Assembly (NCBI GenBank): GCA_965197645.1
Contig: OZ240219.1
Coordinates: forward strand, 448,001-512,000
Length of the DNA: 64,000 nucleotides
Direction: 5' to 3'
Source of the DNA: Dehalococcoidia bacterium
Lineage (GTDB): Bacteria; Chloroflexota; Dehalococcoidia; Plut-88900
Shown here: in pieces, positions 58,646 through 64,000 of the stretch
Numbering within the stretch: position 1 is the stretch's first letter
Layout of the letters: each line of letters begins with the position of its first letter
The notes under the pieces: model-generated
What the model was told of the DNA's origin: nothing
The model's input: only the letters and a program-made list of their open reading frames with translations
Database searches by the model: none
Position numbers and translations under genes: made by a program

Positions 58646-59515
58646 ATGGCCACAGCAACAAAGCCCAAACCCTCCGAGCGGCGTCCCCCTTGGCTGAAGG
58701 TCCGGTTCAAGGCGGGCCCGAACTTCGTAGAACTCAAGTCGCTCATGCGGAAGCGGTCTCTTCACACCGTGTGTGAGGAGGCCCACTGTCCCAACATATT
58801 CGAATGCTGGGAGAACCGCACCGCTACATTCATGATCCTGGGCGACGTCTGCACCCGGGCCTGCCGCTTTTGCGCCGTCACCAGCGGCAAACCCACCTGG
58901 AACGATACCCTGGAACCGGACCGGGTGGCCAAAGCCACATCCGAGATGAACCTGGCCCACGTGGTGGTAACCTCGGTGGCCAGGGACGACCTGGAAGACG
59001 GTGGCGCCGGCATCTTTGCCCGGACCATCGACCGGATACGAGAGCGCAACCCCGACACGAGAATCGAGGTGCTCATCCCCGACTTCCAGGGCTCCGAACC
59101 GTCGTTGGACTCCGTTCTAAACGCCGGGCCGGATATTCTCAACCACAACATCGAGACCGTCGAGCGGCTGCAGCGGACGGTCCGCTCCCGTGCCGAGTAC
59201 CACAGGTCGCTGAAGGTGCTGGATTACTCCAAACGGCGGTCTCCGAACGTCCTGACCAAGTCTGGAATGATGATGGGCGTAGGCGAAGAGTGGGACGAGG
59301 TCCTGCAGGCCATGGCCGACCTGCGGGCCGTAGCCTGCGACATTCTGACCATCGGTCAGTACCTGCGCCCTTCCCAGAAGCACCTTCCCATTGTCCGTTA
59401 CTACACCCCCGAAGAGTTCCAGGAGCTCAAGCAGGAGGGTTTGAGGTTGGGTTTCAAGCACGTGGAATCCGGCCCCCTGGTGAGAAGCTCCTACCACGCG
59501 CACACCCAGGTCTAG
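58646..59515 (+). CDS. lipA: lipoyl synthase
   Basis: CEEAHCPNIFEC, CTRACRFC, HNIETV, VRSSYHA. Confidence 0.98.
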   Translation: MATATKPKPSERRPPWLKVRFKAGPNFVELKSLMRKRSLHTVCEEAHCPNIFECWENRTATFMILGDVCTRACRFCAVTSGKPTWNDTLEPDRVAKATSEMNLAHVVVTSVARDDLEDGGAGIFARTIDRIRERNPDTRIEVLIPDFQGSEPSLDSVLNAGPDILNHNIETVERLQRTVRSRAEYHRSLKVLDYSKRRSPNVLTKSGMMMGVGEEWDEVLQAMADLRAVACDILTIGQYLRPSQKHLPIVRYYTPEEFQELKQEGLRLGFKHVESGPLVRSSYHAHTQV

Positions 59516-59535
59516 ACAAGGAATCCGTCCCATAC

Positions 59536-60918
59536 ATGGAGAAGTACGATCTAGTAGTTGTTGGAGGCGGTCCAGGAGGTTACGTGGCCGCCATCCGCGC
59601 AGCGCAGCTCGGCCTGCGGGCCGCAGTCGTCGAAGAAGAGGAGGTCGGAGGCCTGTGCCTCAACTGGGGTTGCATACCCAGCAAGGCGCTCCTCCGCAAC
59701 GCAGAGGTCCTCCAGCTGGTACGGCGGGCCGGCGAGTTCGGGATCTCCTATGACAACCTCACCTTCGACTATTCCAAAGCCGTAGACAGGAGCCGCCAGG
59801 TGGTCCGCCGCATCGTCGGCGGGTTGAAGTCGCTGCTCAAGAAGAACAACGTCGAGGTCTACTCCGGCCGGGGCATAGTGACTTCCTCGGGCACGGTGGA
59901 GGTCGCGGGCTCGGGAGACACACTCCAGGCCGATAACATCGTCATCGCTACCGGAGGGGTAAACAAGGAACTGCCCTCCCTTCCCGTCGATGGCCGGAAG
60001 ATCATCTCGACGAGGGAGGCCCTGCAGCTCACCGATCTGCCCTCCCGAGTAGCCATCGTCGGCGGCGGCGCTGCCGGCGTCGAGTTCGCCTACCTGTGGG
60101 CTGCCTACGGCGTCCAGATAACGGTTATCGAGCTGCTGCCTCACCTGGTGCCCAACGAAGAGGAGGAGATCAGCCAGGTCCTGGAGAAGGCTTTCGACAA
60201 GCAGGGTATACGGGTCATGGCCGGCTCCCGAGTAGAGGATGCCGACTGGAGCAACGGCATCGGCACCCTCACCGTCTCCAACCAGGAAGGACAGGAGGAC
60301 GTCGAGTGTGACGCCGTGCTGGTGGCGGTGGGCATGAACGCCAACGTCGAAGGCCTGGGCACCGAATCCCTGGGTGTCGAGCTCAGCAACGGATTCATCA
60401 CGATCAACGAGACGATGCAGACCAACGTACCCGGCATCTACGCCGTGGGCGACGTCACCGGCCATTCTCTACTGGCCCACACCGCCTTCGCACAGGGCAC
60501 CATCGCCGCCGAGACTATAGCCGGACGGCCCACCGGGCAACTCTCCTACGAGAAGATCCCCCGCGCTACCTATTGCCAGCCCCAGGTCGCCAGCGTCGGA
60601 CTTACGGAGGCCCAGGCGCGAGAGGCCGGATACGACGTGAAGGTGGGGCGGTTCCCCTTCATGGCCAGCGGCAAGGCCGTCGCCATGGGCGAAAGGGAGG
60701 GGATGGTCAAGGTGGTGGCGGACTCCGAGTACGGCGAGCTTCTGGGCACCCACATGATAGGTCCCGACGTAACTGAGCTTCTGGGCGAGGTGGCCGTAGC
60801 CCAATCGCTGGATGCGACCATAGAGGACCTGGGCGGCGCCGTGCACCCCCACCCCACCCTATCGGAAGCGCTGAAGGAGGCGGCCCTGGCTGCCGGAGGG
60901 GAAGCGGTACATATCTAG
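59536..60918 (+). CDS. lpdA: dihydrolipoyl dehydrogenase
   Basis: GGGPGGY, GGLCLNWGCIPSK, HPHPTLSE. Confidence 0.97.
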   Translation: MEKYDLVVVGGGPGGYVAAIRAAQLGLRAAVVEEEEVGGLCLNWGCIPSKALLRNAEVLQLVRRAGEFGISYDNLTFDYSKAVDRSRQVVRRIVGGLKSLLKKNNVEVYSGRGIVTSSGTVEVAGSGDTLQADNIVIATGGVNKELPSLPVDGRKIISTREALQLTDLPSRVAIVGGGAAGVEFAYLWAAYGVQITVIELLPHLVPNEEEEISQVLEKAFDKQGIRVMAGSRVEDADWSNGIGTLTVSNQEGQEDVECDAVLVAVGMNANVEGLGTESLGVELSNGFITINETMQTNVPGIYAVGDVTGHSLLAHTAFAQGTIAAETIAGRPTGQLSYEKIPRATYCQPQVASVGLTEAQAREAGYDVKVGRFPFMASGKAVAMGEREGMVKVVADSEYGELLGTHMIGPDVTELLGEVAVAQSLDATIEDLGGAVHPHPTLSEALKEAALAAGGEAVHI

Positions 60919-61008
60919 CACTAACTCATTTTTTCTAGCCTTTCGAGGAACCCGGGACGGAGACCATACCCCGGCGACCCGACGGCCGTCACGAAACAGG
61001 ACAACCAA

Positions 61009-61998
61009 ATGAAAGCAGTCACAGAACCAGCCATCGATAAAGAGAAATTTCTGGACCTTCTTCGCACCATGCTCCTCATACGCAGGTTCGAAGAGAAGTC
61101 CGCCGAGATGTACATGCGAGGCAAAATCGGCGGGTTTCTGCACCTGTACATCGGTGAGGAGGCCATAGCAACCGGCGTCATGGCTACTCTGCAGCCCCAG
61201 GACTACATCGTCAGCCACTACCGGGAGCACGGGCACGCCTTGGCTCGCGGCGTAGAGCCGGACCGGATAATGGCCGAGCTCTTCGGCAGGTCCACCGGTA
61301 CCAGCAAGGGCAAGGGCGGCTCCATGCACCTGTTCGACGCCTCTCGGGGCTTCCTCGGCGGCTACGCCATAGTGGGCGGCATGATGCCGGTCGCCACGGG
61401 CTTGGGCCTCGCCTCCCAGATGCGGAAAGAGGACCGGGTGGTCATGTGCTTCTTCGGCGAAGGGGCCGTCAACGAGGGGGAGTTCCACGAGTCCCTCAAC
61501 CTGGCGGCCCTTTGGGACCTGCCCGTCGTCTTCTTCTGCGAGAACAACGGCTACGGCATGGGCACACCCGTAGACAAGACCTTCTCGGGGAGCGACATAT
61601 CCCGGCTGGCCGAGCGCTACGATATGTTCTGCAGCGACAAGGTGGACGGTATGGACGTCTTCGACGTGATCCGCACCACCCAGACCGCTGTTGATAGGGC
61701 CCGCAACGGCGAAGGGCCCTCCTTCATCGAGGCCATCACCTACCGGTTCCGGGGTCACTCCATGGCCGACCCCCTGGAGTATCGAAACAAGTCGGAGGAA
61801 GCTTATTGGCGGGAGAAGGACCCCATAATTACATTTCGCGCCTGGCTGGAGTCTCAGGGCCTCGTCACCGGGGATGAGCTGGAAGCCATGGAGTGGGAAG
61901 TGGACGAGGTGGTGGAGGAATCGGTGCGCTTCGCCGACGAAAGCCCCGTACTGCCCGAAGAGGCGGTCTTCGAAGATATCTACGCAACAGAGGCCTAG
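61009..61998 (+). CDS. pdhA: pyruvate dehydrogenase E1 alpha
   Basis: GFLHLYIGEEA, GKGGSMH, GEGA...ENN, TYRFRGHSMAD. Confidence 0.95.
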   Translation: MKAVTEPAIDKEKFLDLLRTMLLIRRFEEKSAEMYMRGKIGGFLHLYIGEEAIATGVMATLQPQDYIVSHYREHGHALARGVEPDRIMAELFGRSTGTSKGKGGSMHLFDASRGFLGGYAIVGGMMPVATGLGLASQMRKEDRVVMCFFGEGAVNEGEFHESLNLAALWDLPVVFFCENNGYGMGTPVDKTFSGSDISRLAERYDMFCSDKVDGMDVFDVIRTTQTAVDRARNGEGPSFIEAITYRFRGHSMADPLEYRNKSEEAYWREKDPIITFRAWLESQGLVTGDELEAMEWEVDEVVEESVRFADESPVLPEEAVFEDIYATEA

Positions 61999-62000
61999 CC

Positions 62001-62972
62001 ATGACGGAAATCACCTACAGAGCGGCAATCAGCCAGTCTCTACAAGAGGCCCTTCGGCAGGACGATAGAGTATTCATGCTGGGCGAGGACATCGGCGGCT
62101 ACGGTGGGGCCTACGCGGTCACCAAGGGCCTCCTGGAGGAGTTCGGGCCCGAACGGATCAAGGACACGCCCATCTCCGAATCAGCGATAGTGGGAGCTGG
62201 GATAGGGGCGGCGATGGGCGGCATGCGGCCCATAGTCGAGATTATGAGCATCAACTTCGCCCTTCTGGCCATGGACCAGATCGTCAACGCCGCCGCCAAG
62301 CTGCGGTACATGTCGGGCGGACAGCTGACGGTGCCCCTGGTCATCAGGACCGTGAGCGGCGGAGGCAACCAGCTGGCCGCTTCTCACTCCCAGAGCCTGG
62401 AGGGATGGTTCGCCCACGTTCCGGGCTTGAGGGTAGTGGCCCCTTCGGATCCCTACGACGCTCGCGGCCTGTTCCAGTCGGCACTTGCCGACCCGAACCC
62501 GGTGATATATGTCGAGCACTCCCTGCTCTACACCCTGAAGGGAGAGGTGCCCGAGGAGGACTACACCGTCCCCATCGGACTGGCCGACGTCAAGCGAAAG
62601 GGCAGCGACGTAACTATAGTCGGCTACTCCCGTATGTTCCAGGTGGCCTTGAACGCCGCCGAGACCCTGGCCGGCGAGGGAATAGACGCCGAGGTGATAG
62701 ACCTGCGCAGCCTTCGGCCCCTCGACACCGGCACAGTAATCGAATCGATAAAGAAGACCAACCGGGCGGTGGTGGTGGAAGAGGGGTGGAGGTCGATGGG
62801 GATCGGCGCTGAGGTCGTTGCCAGCGTACAGGAAGAGGCCCTGGAGTATCTGGACGGGCCTATCCAGCGAGTATCCGGCGCGGACGCTCCAACACCCTAC
62901 TCCCGGCCCCTGGAGCTGGCCACCATCCCCAACGAGACCAAGATCATCGACGCCGTCCACCGGCTCTTCTAG
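62001..62972 (+). CDS. pdhB: pyruvate dehydrogenase E1 beta
   Basis: GEDIG, DTPISE, HSQS, EVIDLRSLRPLD. Confidence 0.95.
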   Translation: MTEITYRAAISQSLQEALRQDDRVFMLGEDIGGYGGAYAVTKGLLEEFGPERIKDTPISESAIVGAGIGAAMGGMRPIVEIMSINFALLAMDQIVNAAAKLRYMSGGQLTVPLVIRTVSGGGNQLAASHSQSLEGWFAHVPGLRVVAPSDPYDARGLFQSALADPNPVIYVEHSLLYTLKGEVPEEDYTVPIGLADVKRKGSDVTIVGYSRMFQVALNAAETLAGEGIDAEVIDLRSLRPLDTGTVIESIKKTNRAVVVEEGWRSMGIGAEVVASVQEEALEYLDGPIQRVSGADAPTPYSRPLELATIPNETKIIDAVHRLF

Positions 62973-63095
62973 GGTCACGGGTGATGCCGTCGGCGTTTCA
63001 CTGCCGAGCGTTCCGATGTATTCTCTCGACAATCTACTAACGTCATCCTCTCCACCGGCAAGGGAGAGACGGAGCAACGAGGTGAGGGTTAACGC

Positions 63096-64000
63096 ATGCC
63101 TACTGAAGTGATAATGCCCCAGATGGGCTTCGACATGGTCGAGGGCACCGTGATACGTTGGCTCAAAGCCGAAGGCGACGAGGTAGCCCGGGGTGAGCCC
63201 ATCGTCGAGATCGAGACCGACAAGGCCACCGTCGAGGTTGAGGCCTTCGCATCGGGTGTCCTGCGCAAGATAGCGGCGGAAGAGGGCAGCACCGTTCCCG
63301 TCGGCCAGATTATCGGGATCATCGCCTCGGTGGGCGAAGATATACCCGAGGTCGAGACCCCCGTCACCGTACCCTCAACCATCGACAAACCGACCGTGGT
63401 CAAAGCCCCGTCCGAACCAGCGGGTGACAAAGAGGCCCCGGCCGTGGACGCTCCAGCCGAGGCTGAGGCTAAAGAGGACAGAGTGCTGGCATCCCCCATC
63501 GCACGGCGCCTCGCAGAGGAGAAGGGGATAGACTTGGCCCTGGTATCGGGCACCGGTCCCCGGGGAAGAATCACCAAAGAGGACATCCTCGCCTTCGAAA
63601 GTGCTCCTGAGGCCGCTCCAACGGCGCCTCCCCCAACCGCGCCGGCGCCGTCCGGCGAGGTCCAGAACATAGAGCTTTCCAGGATGCGCAAGACCATCGC
63701 CCGGCGCATGACCCAGAGCAAGCAGGAGATGCCTCATTTCTACGTCACCTCCAGCATCGATATGGGCCGTGCAGTGGCCATGCGCCAGGAGCTCATCGAG
63801 CTGTGGGAGGGGGACGTGCGGGTCACCGTCAACGATCTCATCGTCAAAGCCACCGCCCTGGCTCTTCAAAGGCACCCCAACCACAATGCCTACTACGATG
63901 ATGGGGTGATCAAGCAGAACTCGGTGATCAACGTGGGTATCGCCGTGGCCCTGGACGATGGTCTGATCGCCCCTGCTATCCTCGATTGTGGAAACAAGAG
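63096..64000 (+). CDS. pdhC: dihydrolipoamide acetyltransferase E2 (partial, runs off window)
   Basis: MPTEVIMPQMG, lipoyl motif ETDKAT, ASPIARRLA binding domain, RKTIARRM. Confidence 0.93.
   Translation, partial: MPTEVIMPQMGFDMVEGTVIRWLKAEGDEVARGEPIVEIETDKATVEVEAFASGVLRKIAAEEGSTVPVGQIIGIIASVGEDIPEVETPVTVPSTIDKPTVVKAPSEPAGDKEAPAVDAPAEAEAKEDRVLASPIARRLAEEKGIDLALVSGTGPRGRITKEDILAFESAPEAAPTAPPPTAPAPSGEVQNIELSRMRKTIARRMTQSKQEMPHFYVTSSIDMGRAVAMRQELIELWEGDVRVTVNDLIVKATALALQRHPNHNAYYDDGVIKQNSVINVGIAVALDDGLIAPAILDCGNK

Noticed and set aside
58804-59535. Apparent 704-aa LipA-overlapping fusion with LpdA
   Set aside because: Open frame overlapping lipA; lpdA starts at 59536 and there is no frameshift evidence

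Overview
GC-rich bacterial chromosomal segment. Gene content and protein styles suggest Chloroflexota/Dehalococcoidia (SAR202-like); this is inference, not a database result. Core genes: F0F1 ATP synthase operon (atpZ/I-B-E-F-H-A-G-D), an EF-G paralog, etfBA, leuS, leuCD and a lipA-lpdA-pdhABC cluster. These are interspersed with many catabolic paralogs (CoA-transferases, SDRs, LLM, AKR, dienelactone hydrolase), a solitary type IIG-like restriction-modification gene, a PD-(D/E)XK nuclease and three families of small intergenic REP/MITE-like repeats. No tRNA, rRNA, CRISPR array or transposase was recognised. Most notable: (1) a CGNR zinc-finger/ABATE gene divergent from two orphan small ORFs, with three 28-bp TAACY-N18-GGTTA boxes covering its own start codon, a consensus sigma70 promoter and the region just upstream of both orphan RBSs, i.e. 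a candidate operator and mini-regulon; (2) a tandem pair of ferritin-like proteins in which one keeps all diiron ligands and the other has lost them (alpha/beta-like heterodimer); (3) a core-MetE + OsmC + rhodanese operon; (4) an envelope operon with a Cys-cluster membrane protein, headed by a 53-aa zinc-ribbon ORF missing from the ORF track.
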